This document shows, in pieces, positions 1 to 9,409 of a stretch of 39,473 bases of DNA. The position numbers and the translations under genes were made by a program. The stretch covers positions 1 through 39,473 of the forward strand of contig JBBRSP010000042.1 in assembly GCA_038245295.1 (NCBI GenBank). Reading direction: 5' to 3'. Under the pieces are notes generated by a model. That model had not been told where the DNA came from. It ran no database searches and saw only the letters and a program-made list of their open reading frames with translations. Position 1 is the stretch's first letter. Each line of letters opens with the position of its first letter. This stretch comes from Candidatus Binatia bacterium. Its GTDB lineage: Bacteria > Desulfobacterota > Binatia > HRBIN30.

Positions 1-643
1 ACTCCCCAGCGATCTGCTCGAGGTCGATGGCGAAACGCGACGCCCTCGTCGGGGCTCGGCTCACGCCGCGCAGCACAGTTGGCACAGAGACGCCGAGAGC
101 CCGTGCAACCTGGGCTGGGATCGCGCCGAGGCGTGCGACGGCGAGCCAGGAGACGATCGCGCGGGCGGCGACGGCGGCGGGTAGGCAGCTTCTGCTCATG
201 ACAACAGGGGCGCCGATGCCGAACTGGGTACCGACCAAGGTGCAGAGTTGGGGCACCCTTCGGGCCGCGACAGGGTTGAGGTGGATGTAGCGCACAACCT
301 CAAGGAGATACGGATCGTCGCCGACGACGATCGACGTGAAGCGGTTCTGAAACAGGTGGCCAACGCGTCGGTGGCGCCGGTTGAAGGCGCGAGCGTAGGG
401 GCCAAGCAATCGCCCCATCAGGCGTGAGAGGGGCAATGTACCAGTACGTAAGAGCAGATGGAGATGGTTCGACATCAACGACCAGGCCGGCAGCGAGGCC
501 CGGCTTGGCAGAACCAGCGCGCTCAGCCGATCGAGGAAGGCGCGCCGCTCCTCGTTACAACGAAAGATATCGCAGCGTTCGATGCCACGCGCGATGACGT
601 GGTGCACCACACCGGGAGCATCGAGTCGGGGACCGCGTGGCAT
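1..643 (-). CDS. REP-associated tyrosine (HUH/Y1, IS200-like) transposase with C-terminal HTH; runs off the left edge
   Basis: Manual translation from ATG at 643: MPRGPRLDAPGVVHHVIARGIER...AWSLMSNHLHLLLRT...YARAFNRRHRRVGHLFQNRFTSIVV...LLEVVRYIHLNPVAAR, then AARAIVSWLAVARLG...AQVARALGVSVPTVLRGV (HTH). HUH motif NHLH and catalytic YIHLNP are present. No stop before base 1, which is probably why it is absent from the ORF track. Confidence 0.9.
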   Translation of the reverse strand, partial: MPRGPRLDAPGVVHHVIARGIERCDIFRCNEERRAFLDRLSALVLPSRASLPAWSLMSNHLHLLLRTGTLPLSRLMGRLLGPYARAFNRRHRRVGHLFQNRFTSIVVGDDPYLLEVVRYIHLNPVAARRVPQLCTLVGTQFGIGAPVVMSRSCLPAAVAARAIVSWLAVARLGAIPAQVARALGVSVPTVLRGVSRAPTRASRFAIDLEQIAGE

Positions 644-831
644 AGTGCATACACTCCGCGAAAGACAGCTACACACAATGACTGCGGTGACTGCGGTGCA
701 TCGATGCCAGAACGGTTGGGCCGGGGTTCAGAGATCGATTTGGTGAGAGTTGAGAAAGTTGTAACAACGTCCCCGTCGAAGGCCTAGTCGCCACGTTCTG
801 CCCAGTGACAGCCCACCGCACACCCCGACGG

Positions 832-3306
832 TTAGCGATTCGCGTCCAGCAATCCCTCGTGTATGTGCGGGGGCCAGCTGAAGGGGTTGGCCGTCGCGCC
901 GATGGGTCGGAAGACCACAACAAAGGCGGTGCCCCGGCGCGGCGGGTGGGCCCCGGCGGCAACGACACGAACCTGGCCGGATGTCACCACAGCGGAATAC
1001 ATCAGCCACCCGGCGAGGGCGCGCCCCTTGCGTACTCGTCCGACCTTCAAGGCGGTCGGATCGTAGTGCACCGTCGCCTCGAGCTCGGTGGATGTACCTC
1101 CGTCGATCAAGACCGGATACTGCACACGCGTCGTGCGCGACCGCGCCGCGCCCATCGTCACGCGTGGCTCGGACGCGGCGCGTGCGACCCTGCTGGACAC
1201 GTCGGGCGCACAATCACCGAAGACGGCACCCTGAAAGTCCTGCGCCGAGACAGCCGCGCCAAGTGGATTCAACTCGATAGCGCCGGCGGCGCAGGTATCC
1301 GTGGTGATCAGCGGCGGCACAATACTCTGGTTCGCCGTCAACGCCGGCTTGGCAAAGAAAAGCCAATCGGAGTTGCAACGCTGCGCCACCGGAAGCCGTG
1401 ATGTGATGCCGACGCGGTACTGCAGGATGTGGACCGCATCGATTGCACTCACGGTACCGTCGCCGGAGCTGTCACAAATCAACCGCTGCTCGGCGCTGAG
1501 CTGCTGCAGGCCCACCGCCGCTTGCAGGACATAGGATGCGTCGATCGCTGTGACCACACCCCCCGTGTCGCCGAGTTTGCTGACGGAGAGTTGAACGTCG
1601 CCACCATAGGGCTGGAGGAGAAACGCGCCTGACGAATTCGTGGAGGCGATATCCGTCGCTGAGTTTCGCGTCGCGGCGACGACCGCACCATTGACCGGTG
1701 CCGCGTCGGCGAGGCGTGTGACCTTGCCGCTGACGACGAATACTGTCCCGGTTCGTGTCGGTGTTGGTGTTGCCGTTGCGGTCGCCGTCAAGGTGGCGGT
1801 GGGCGTCGGAATCGGCGCCGCGACCAGCACAAACTTCGCCACCGACGGTACGCCCGCGGCATTGAGCGCGAACAGCATATAGGGTCCAGGTGGGCAGATG
1901 TCGGCGTTGGCTGGGGCACTCAGCAGGAGCCCGTCCGCCGCGCTCGTTGGTGCTCCCAACTGACACATTTGCTGGCTTTGGTTGAAGCTGTGGGTCACCG
2001 AGCCGAGACGCAGGAGGTTGACGCGTGTGATCGCCTCGGCGTCTGGCGTCTGCACCGCGAAGGACGTCCCGTAACGGACGATTGCCGGTGCGGCTGTGAT
2101 GGCGGGTCGCGGGCCGCGAAACAGATAGGGCGGCGAGAAAATCTCCATGTTGTTGTTGTCAGTCTGCCCCGCAGCGTTGGGGTGCCCACCACCGGCGACA
2201 ACGACGCGTCCATCCGGCAGGAGCAGGGCCTCGGAGTGATAACCGCGATAACGGGTGTGACTTGCCAGGGGCGTCCACGTGCCGGTGGCCGGGGTCCACA
2301 ACTCGGCGTGCAACACGGCGCCGTCGGGGTTGTCGAAGCCGGGCAGGGAGCTGCCACCCGTGGCGAGTACCGTGCCGTCCGGCAGCAGGGTCGTGTTGAG
2401 CTGCCGGCGGCCGATGCTCATGTCGCCCGTCGGCACCCAGTGCGGTGAAGGATCGGCGAGATCGATGGTCTCTGCCGTGGCAACCGGGGGGATGGTTGGT
2501 GCGCTTCTGGAGTCGCGCCGGTTGCCGCCGACAATCATGACTTTGTTGGTGTCGTACATCACCGACGAACCGTAGTCGCGGTACACCTCGGCGCTCGGCG
2601 CGACATCGTCCACGCTGCCGCTGCCGCGGGTGTCGATGATGCGCGCCATTTGCTGCGGACCAGCAACGAAGACACGCCCGCCCGGGAGCGGATAGAGAAA
2701 CGGGTAGTAGCTTGCCCAACTGGGCACCGCGCCGTGCAGCGGTGCGATTGCATCGAGGCCGCGCCAGCGCGTCGGTGATGATGGATCCCACACTTCCGGA
2801 AGTGGGTTGGTGCCAAGAGCGGGCGTTATGGTCCCGGCTTCAACGAAAACGGAACCGTCGGGCATGGCGAGGCAAGAAGGGTACCATCGTCCGGCGCTCA
2901 TATTGGGGAGGTTGTGCCAACTATTGTTCGACGGATCGAAGATCGTCGCCCGTGGCTCGCCGACATCGTCGTTGATGTGGCCACCGGCGATCAGCAAGCG
3001 TCCGTCGGCGAGGAAGGTGTGTCCGCTGCAGAACAAATCGAAGCCCGGCTGCGACACGGCCGTCGCCAAGCCGGTGTCGACGTCAACCACATGCGGTGTG
3101 TCGTTCAATCCATTGGCATGATTGTGCCAATCCCAGAGAAGGAGCTTGCCGTTCGGCAGCAGGTGCATGTGGATCGGGACCACCGGAAGCGGTAGCAGCG
3201 GGCCGAACTGGCCGACCTCGGCAGGGGCCGGGCTCGCAACTGTGTCGCGAGCCAGCAGGCTGGCAAGCACCACACCGAGCATCACGCCGCACGCACGCCT
3301 CCTCAC
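832..3306 (-). CDS. Secreted galactose/glyoxal oxidase-like copper radical oxidase (AA5: kelch propeller + DUF1929) with PT linker, Ig/dockerin module and C-terminal cohesin-like domain
   Basis: Signal peptide; motifs DLFCSGH (Cys), GRWYPS (Tyr), RGYHS (Tyr-His), GSVTHS (His), PPGPYMLF; linker PIPTPTATLTATATATPTPT; dockerin-like CDSSGDGTVSAIDAVHILQY; terminal beta-rich domain with VHYDPTALKV...GQVRVVAAG. Confidence 0.88.
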   Translation of the reverse strand: MRRRACGVMLGVVLASLLARDTVASPAPAEVGQFGPLLPLPVVPIHMHLLPNGKLLLWDWHNHANGLNDTPHVVDVDTGLATAVSQPGFDLFCSGHTFLADGRLLIAGGHINDDVGEPRATIFDPSNNSWHNLPNMSAGRWYPSCLAMPDGSVFVEAGTITPALGTNPLPEVWDPSSPTRWRGLDAIAPLHGAVPSWASYYPFLYPLPGGRVFVAGPQQMARIIDTRGSGSVDDVAPSAEVYRDYGSSVMYDTNKVMIVGGNRRDSRSAPTIPPVATAETIDLADPSPHWVPTGDMSIGRRQLNTTLLPDGTVLATGGSSLPGFDNPDGAVLHAELWTPATGTWTPLASHTRYRGYHSEALLLPDGRVVVAGGGHPNAAGQTDNNNMEIFSPPYLFRGPRPAITAAPAIVRYGTSFAVQTPDAEAITRVNLLRLGSVTHSFNQSQQMCQLGAPTSAADGLLLSAPANADICPPGPYMLFALNAAGVPSVAKFVLVAAPIPTPTATLTATATATPTPTRTGTVFVVSGKVTRLADAAPVNGAVVAATRNSATDIASTNSSGAFLLQPYGGDVQLSVSKLGDTGGVVTAIDASYVLQAAVGLQQLSAEQRLICDSSGDGTVSAIDAVHILQYRVGITSRLPVAQRCNSDWLFFAKPALTANQSIVPPLITTDTCAAGAIELNPLGAAVSAQDFQGAVFGDCAPDVSSRVARAASEPRVTMGAARSRTTRVQYPVLIDGGTSTELEATVHYDPTALKVGRVRKGRALAGWLMYSAVVTSGQVRVVAAGAHPPRRGTAFVVVFRPIGATANPFSWPPHIHEGLLDANR

Positions 3307-3500
3307 CAGCCTCTCCTTTCATCCTCGGCGCCTCGCGGACGCTAGCTCTCGGCTAACGCCGCGCCGCGCCCCCGCGGTATCGTCCAATCTTGTGCGGCGT
3401 TCAAGACGAACCGAGAGCCCCCGCACGCAGCAAGGGACTGTGAGGAATAATCACAGCCCGGCCGTTGGCCGAAACGAACTCAGGCCAACCAGTCCACCTC

Positions 3501-3691
3501 CGTCATTCCGGCGGAAGAGTGTGTCGATTTACTCGGAAACCATACTTGAACCCGAGCAGACCTATCCGTCATACCGGCGAAAGCCGGTATCTCGCCAGCT
3601 TTCGAGGCTTCCAGCAGTGGGAGATCCCGGCTTTCGCCGGGATGACGTCGCTTCATTTCAGTCTATCGACAGTCTCTTTCGCCGGGATGAC
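3501..3691. repeat. Nested REP-like inverted repeats
   Basis: Inner pair 3567-3593 (cgtcataccggcgaaagccggtatctc) / 3621-3647 (gagatcccggctttcgccgggatgacg). Outer pair ~3502-3528 / ~3665-3691. Lies in the divergent intergenic region. Confidence 0.85.
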
Positions 3692-3942
3692 AGGTCAGGC
3701 TGACAAGATACAGCACCGAGGAAATCTTCACGACACCCTGCCACCAGCACCGAGACAGGTTGCCGGTTCCGATAGCACGAAGCGAAACTTGCCTTCCTAT
3801 CGGGCAGCGCCACGTCACAAGTCCTCGGTCTTGGCCGCGCCGGTTCGTCGAGGCGGGCAAAGGACGGCAAATTGCTGGGAGGGGTTCGGCAAACGTCGGC
3901 TGGGTTTGACCTCATAAGTTCACACGGGGATCTGGGCAAAAA

Positions 3943-6900
3943 ATGGTAACGCCGCGATTACCCGTAGGAGAAAGCGACGAGGTGGCGGGCATGATTGCGA
4001 ACCAATCCGAGCGGCCGGAGGCGTGGCCGAAGTCTCACCGCGCTCGCGCGCGGGACGTAGCCGTGCGACTCATCACGATTGGCGTCGTCTTCGTCTTTGC
4101 CGCCGCCCCGGTGGAAGCTGCGTGCAATTTGATTCCGCAAACGACGAAGATCTTCGACGGTGTCGTCGGCACGAGCAATCGTCCGTTTGCGGCTCCCGGC
4201 GAGCCGATCGAGGTTGCCGTGCGACCGTGCGACACGGCTTCGGCCGGATTGAGCATGAATGCGAGCAATCAGGTCGTCACCGTCGTCTTCACGCCAGATG
4301 GTGGTGCCACACGCAACGCCGCCGTGGTCACGGCCGGCAGCTGCGCCGCGCTGAGCGCCGAGCTTTCCGCCTGCGCCGGCTTGCTTGGCGGTGGTCAGGT
4401 TACCTGCATCGAAGGCGCTGCCGCCGGGCTCAAGACGGTGCAGCGTGCCGACGGTACGCACCTGCAGTTCGCCTTCCCGAATACGGATGCGATGCTCGGC
4501 ATGTTGGGCGACTCGTTGACGCTCGCCGGGCCAGCGACGATCGCGGTGACCCAATCCGCCGCCGGTAGTTTGCCGTGTAATCTGGACCAAACAGCGTCCA
4601 CCTGTGCCGCCGCAGCCGCGTCGATTCCCGGCATGATCATCTGCATCGATGACATTTTCGCCAACGACGGCACTTGCGCGATCACTCAGCCGCACAAGAC
4701 CTTCGATCATTTCACCGCGCTACCGGTGCCCAACGATTTCAGCGCCGCGTGCATCGACGAGGCGCCACCCTGCAATCCAACCGCCAGCCAGTTCCGCATC
4801 ACTACTGACAAGGACGGCAACGCGCTCATCCCGATGAACTGGAGTGGCATCCTGTTGCGTCCAGGCGGAATCCCTTTCCCCCGACTGCTCAGTACGTCTC
4901 TGTCGACGCCGCTGCCGATTACCTTTCCGGGGCAGTCGTTCTTCGCTTCGTTTTCACCCGACGGTGGACCATTGGCGCCGATCTTTGTGCCACAGTTCAA
5001 CCCCGCCTCGACGAGCAACGTCTTGAGCCTGTTCGGCTCGGCCGACGCGCCGCTCACGGTGCTGCGCATCGCGCGCTTCAGCGACGGGTTTCAGGAGTGT
5101 CACGGTGGCATCAATGATGGCCTGCCGTGTAACGGTCCGGACGATTGTCCCGCCCTGTGCAGCGGTGGCGGCAATGCCGGTGAGCGCTGCACCAGCGATG
5201 CTGCCTGTCCAGGCGGGGGCTGCAATGCGCCGTCGGTCGCTAGCTGCGGCCCAACCGTTTGCGTCGGCGGCGGCAACGCCGGCAACCCATGCACCGCCGA
5301 TAGGTTCTGCCCCGGTGGCAAATGCGGGCCGGCCGTCTTCACCCTGAGCCCACTCATCTATCAAGCCGTCGGCCCCGTGGTTCTGCCACGCCAACCGGGA
5401 GTCTGCGCCGGCGGCCCGGGCTCGGGCGCCGCATGCACCATGCCGGGAGATTGCCCTGGAAGTTTTTGCCTTACCGACGGCTTCTGCCAGGCCGACACCA
5501 GTCAGGCGTGCTCGTTGAGCAATGCTTGCATGAGTGTGCCGTGCGTCGATTTCCAGCTCACCGCCGAGAGCCCGATTCCGCTAGCCAGCCTGGCGGCGCA
5601 AACCTCAAATGTGTTTGGTCTCACGTCGCTCGAAGCCGTCGACCTGGTTGATCGTAATGGCGACGGCGACCTGGCGGATGCCGTCGTGACCATGCGCAAC
5701 AGCACAACCGGCGCGCTGCAATCCCTTGGTGCGCCGGCTGAATGCATCGGCGTCTCCTCGCTGTCGAATACGCCTCCGCCACAAGGGCGGGCAATCGTTC
5801 AGCTGCGCCAGCCGCCCTTCGTGTTCCCCGCGGTGAGCGCCCAGGGCGACATCGTCGCGTTCCTGGAATCGGAGGCGGCTAGCGGCAACTGCGACACCAA
5901 CAGCAATGGCGTGGACTCCGACTCGATCTTGCGCGTCTTTCGTCTCGGCCCGACGGATCTTACCGCCGGCATGGACATCACCGTCGACAGCGAGCCGCTG
6001 CTCAACAACCAAAGCGTCGTCACCACAAGCGGCATGGTCTTCTTCCGCCGCTCCGAACGGGCGCGCGCGCAGCGGACGACACGCCGGATCAGCGTCGACT
6101 CGAATCAAATGGAGCACGCCGGCGGCACGGCAACGCTCAGTCGCAACGGCGCCGCGATTTCCGATGATGGGCGCTACGTCGCGATGGAGAGCCGTGCGTC
6201 GTTGGATCCAACGCCGGGCAACGGCTTGAGCGAGGTGTACCTGCGTGATCGCCAAGCTCTGACTACCGCACGCGTGAGCCTGAGCTCGATGGGGACTCTC
6301 GGCGACGACCAATCGTTCAGCCCATCGATCTCGGCGGATGGGCGTTACGTCGCCTTTGCCAGTCTCGCGACAAATCTAGTGGCCGGTGACACGAACGGTT
6401 GCATGGACGTCTTCGTGCGTGACACGCAAACCGGCACGACGACGCGTGTGAGCGTCGACTCGGCCGGCAATCAGACGGAGACGACACCAACCGGTTCGCA
6501 GTATCCTGCCATCTCGGGTGACGGCCGCTTCGTTGCTTTCGTCAGCGAGGCGAGCAATCTCGTTCCCGGTGACACCAACATGCAGTGGGACGCCTTCGTT
6601 CACGATCGCCAGACGGGTATCACCGAGCGTGTCAGCTTTGATGGCCCGCCTCTCACTCCGAGTACCCAAGGAACGAACGATCTGCCGGCCATCAGTAGCG
6701 ATGGGCGTTACGTAGCGTTCTCGTTTCACAACGACAGAGGCTGGGTGCGGGATCGGCAGACCGGCGCGCTCGATGTGGTTGGGGGCGCCGCCACTCCCTT
6801 TGTTGAAGCCTTGGCCCTCTCGGCCGATGGCCGGTACGTAGCTTTCGAGACGTTCGACGGGCTCGTGCCCAGCGATCTCAATTTGAACGGAGATATCTAC

Positions 6901-9363
6901 GTCTATGATCGTGCGACGGGTGCTACGACGCGAGCCACTGAGGATTCGAGTGGAAGCGGCGGCAACAATGTCTCCTATTGGCCATCGATTTCGCCCGATG
7001 GCCGATTTGTCGGCTTCATCAGTCGGTCGACGAACCTCGTACCCGGCGACACGAACGGCTTCGATGACGTCTTCGTGCATGATCAGTTGACGAGCACCAC
7101 CGTGCGGGTGAGCGTCGGCGCGTCCGGAGCCCAGGCGAACGCAATCGTCTACCCGTACCCATGTACTCTCTCCCGCGACGGTCGCTTCGTCCTCTTCAGC
7201 AGTGAAGATGCCACGCTCGTCCCGGGCGACGGCAACGGTTCGAACGACCTGTTCATTCGCAGCGCCGATCCAAACGATCTTGCCAGCGACCTCACGGGTG
7301 ACGGAGATATCGAAGACACGGTGCTTGGCGTGATGGACACGAACCAAGTTGCTCCCAGCCCCGCCTCGTTGTGTCCAGCCACGCAAGTTGCGGCGGCGGC
7401 CGGTGCGGCGGCGTTCCTACGCCCCGAAAGCGCCGGGTCGACGCCAAGCCTGGCGAATTGCCCTGCCGGGTCGCCGGTCAGCGGCGGCGTCGATCTCAAT
7501 GGCAATGGTGACGCGGCCGACGAGGTTGTTCATCTGGCGCTCAACCCGTCGACGATACAGAACCTCGGCCTCGCCGGAACGGCGGTGGCGCTATCGGGTA
7601 CCTGTGCCGGCGGCGCAAATGTCGGCCGGCCGTGCACCGATCGTTCGGCATGTCCGGCCAGCACGTGTTCGCCATCGCTGGTCGCGGCCTTGATTTCAGA
7701 GTCCGGGCAGAATGCCGACCTCAACAACGACGGCGACCAGTCCGACAACGTCGTCGAGGTCCATCCCGCCGGTGCCGGGAGTTGGGCCAACCTGCAGCAG
7801 GCGGCGGACGCATTGCAAGTGGTTGGTAACCTGGTTGCCTTCACGACTCCCGAATCGGCGCAGGGTGCCAACCTCAATGGCGACGGCGACACGAGCGACA
7901 GGGTGCTCCAGATCTACGAGTCGACGCCGGCACTGCTTACGAATACCAAACAAGCGACGGAGGATTTCGTCATCGGGACGCAAGCGGCAACCTGTGGTAG
8001 CGGACCGCCGGTTGCCTTCCGCACGTCGGAAGCGGCACAGAACAAAGTGCTCAACGCCGACGGCGACAAGAACGACGACGTCCTTCAGGTCTTCGTGCCC
8101 GGGATCGGTGTCATCAATACAGGTGAGGCGGTAACTCCGTGTGCCCTCGAGCTGTGTAATCCGCGGCAACCGTATCTGGTTGATCGTGACAGCGTGAAGT
8201 TCCTCACGGTGGAAGCCGACCAGGGGCAGGACCTGAACGGCAATGGCAACACGTCGGATTTGATTTTGCAGATCTTCGACGTCTGTCGCGGCACCCTCAC
8301 CGCCGTCGGCGCGGTCGATCCGAATAACAGCAAGGCCAACCCGCTGGAAAACGCCGGCACGAGCACGGACACCAAGACGGTGTTCGGCACCACCGCCGGA
8401 GCTTGTGTTACTGGCATGTCGACTCTGTTGGTGCCGGCGATGTGCACAACGACCGCGGACTGTCCTCCCGGAGCAACGTGCCAGTCAGGCACGAGTATCA
8501 TCGCTGCGCCGGCCGTCGTGCCGACGCGACATGATTCCGTCCTGCTCACCCCCAAGCCCCTCAGCGTGACGATTCCAGCCTCCGGCGCCGACGTCGCCGC
8601 GAAGTTGACGATCAAGGTGCGCAACGGCGACCTTCTTCCTGCCAAGCCGAAGCCTGTTCATGTCCTTCGATTGAGCGTCCGCGACGGGACATGCCCCGTC
8701 GGCACGGTGGTCGGCCCGCCCGACTTCGACAGCAAAACGCCCGGTATTCAGGACACGGTTCTACTCAAGGGTGGCGTCGCCAAGTCGGTAAAAGTAGCCT
8801 TGACCATAACTGCCGCAGCCTTTGCCAATATGAACAAGACGGCACCCCATCGTTGTGCGCTTGCGCTCAGCGTCGCCTCCGACAGCGAAGACAATGCCGA
8901 CCCGACGACGTCGAACAACGTGGCGGCGGTGGAGATCAATGTCATCGACAAGAGCAACCCGCAGACGACTAGCCCCGCGGAGGCGATGATCGTCAGCGCC
9001 AAGCCGGTTCAGGTCAGCATCGGCCACAGCGCCGCAAGCATGTCGGCGACGAAGACGATTTCTGTGCAGGTCCAGAATGTCGACTCGGCCCCGGCCACGT
9101 TGACGGTAACGGCGAGCGCCGGCACCTGCCCGAGCGGCACGATCGCTGTGCGAGCGCCCGCAGCGGTGAGTCTGGAAGGTGGCGAGAAAGGAGTCGTGAA
9201 GGTCGACCTCACCGCGACCAATGCGGCCTTCCTGACCCGCAATGCCAAGTCACCGTCACGCTGTGCGGCGACGCTGACTGTTGCCGGACCGGGCATTGAT
9301 CCGGATGCGACCAACAACATGACGCAGGTGATCGTCGACGTGATCGACAGAGAAGACTTCTGA
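3943..9363 (+). CDS. Large secreted multidomain protein: Cys-rich repeats, TolB/PD40-like propeller, DxNxDGD Ca-binding repeats, two C-terminal Ig-like domains (true start may be 3991 or later)
   Basis: Signal-like segment LITIGVVFVFAAAPVEAAC; repeated SADGRYVAF...NLVPGDTNG..DVFVRD blades; CxGGxNxGxxC...CPxGxC repeats; eight DLNGDGD-type motifs; duplicated C-terminal domain (KPLSVTI / KPVQVSI ... D.DPT.SNN / DPDATNN). Confidence 0.85.
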   Translation: MVTPRLPVGESDEVAGMIANQSERPEAWPKSHRARARDVAVRLITIGVVFVFAAAPVEAACNLIPQTTKIFDGVVGTSNRPFAAPGEPIEVAVRPCDTASAGLSMNASNQVVTVVFTPDGGATRNAAVVTAGSCAALSAELSACAGLLGGGQVTCIEGAAAGLKTVQRADGTHLQFAFPNTDAMLGMLGDSLTLAGPATIAVTQSAAGSLPCNLDQTASTCAAAAASIPGMIICIDDIFANDGTCAITQPHKTFDHFTALPVPNDFSAACIDEAPPCNPTASQFRITTDKDGNALIPMNWSGILLRPGGIPFPRLLSTSLSTPLPITFPGQSFFASFSPDGGPLAPIFVPQFNPASTSNVLSLFGSADAPLTVLRIARFSDGFQECHGGINDGLPCNGPDDCPALCSGGGNAGERCTSDAACPGGGCNAPSVASCGPTVCVGGGNAGNPCTADRFCPGGKCGPAVFTLSPLIYQAVGPVVLPRQPGVCAGGPGSGAACTMPGDCPGSFCLTDGFCQADTSQACSLSNACMSVPCVDFQLTAESPIPLASLAAQTSNVFGLTSLEAVDLVDRNGDGDLADAVVTMRNSTTGALQSLGAPAECIGVSSLSNTPPPQGRAIVQLRQPPFVFPAVSAQGDIVAFLESEAASGNCDTNSNGVDSDSILRVFRLGPTDLTAGMDITVDSEPLLNNQSVVTTSGMVFFRRSERARAQRTTRRISVDSNQMEHAGGTATLSRNGAAISDDGRYVAMESRASLDPTPGNGLSEVYLRDRQALTTARVSLSSMGTLGDDQSFSPSISADGRYVAFASLATNLVAGDTNGCMDVFVRDTQTGTTTRVSVDSAGNQTETTPTGSQYPAISGDGRFVAFVSEASNLVPGDTNMQWDAFVHDRQTGITERVSFDGPPLTPSTQGTNDLPAISSDGRYVAFSFHNDRGWVRDRQTGALDVVGGAATPFVEALALSADGRYVAFETFDGLVPSDLNLNGDIYVYDRATGATTRATEDSSGSGGNNVSYWPSISPDGRFVGFISRSTNLVPGDTNGFDDVFVHDQLTSTTVRVSVGASGAQANAIVYPYPCTLSRDGRFVLFSSEDATLVPGDGNGSNDLFIRSADPNDLASDLTGDGDIEDTVLGVMDTNQVAPSPASLCPATQVAAAAGAAAFLRPESAGSTPSLANCPAGSPVSGGVDLNGNGDAADEVVHLALNPSTIQNLGLAGTAVALSGTCAGGANVGRPCTDRSACPASTCSPSLVAALISESGQNADLNNDGDQSDNVVEVHPAGAGSWANLQQAADALQVVGNLVAFTTPESAQGANLNGDGDTSDRVLQIYESTPALLTNTKQATEDFVIGTQAATCGSGPPVAFRTSEAAQNKVLNADGDKNDDVLQVFVPGIGVINTGEAVTPCALELCNPRQPYLVDRDSVKFLTVEADQGQDLNGNGNTSDLILQIFDVCRGTLTAVGAVDPNNSKANPLENAGTSTDTKTVFGTTAGACVTGMSTLLVPAMCTTTADCPPGATCQSGTSIIAAPAVVPTRHDSVLLTPKPLSVTIPASGADVAAKLTIKVRNGDLLPAKPKPVHVLRLSVRDGTCPVGTVVGPPDFDSKTPGIQDTVLLKGGVAKSVKVALTITAAAFANMNKTAPHRCALALSVASDSEDNADPTTSNNVAAVEINVIDKSNPQTTSPAEAMIVSAKPVQVSIGHSAASMSATKTISVQVQNVDSAPATLTVTASAGTCPSGTIAVRAPAAVSLEGGEKGVVKVDLTATNAAFLTRNAKSPSRCAATLTVAGPGIDPDATNNMTQVIVDVIDREDF

Positions 9364-9409
9364 TCGCGTGTGCCGCAGCCTCGATTCTGTCGGTTGCAGC
9401 GTCGCGGCC

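Noticed and set aside
5605..7386. Long minus-strand ORFs (235 and 336 aa) inside the large secreted gene
   Set aside because: High-GC antisense shadows with no motifs.
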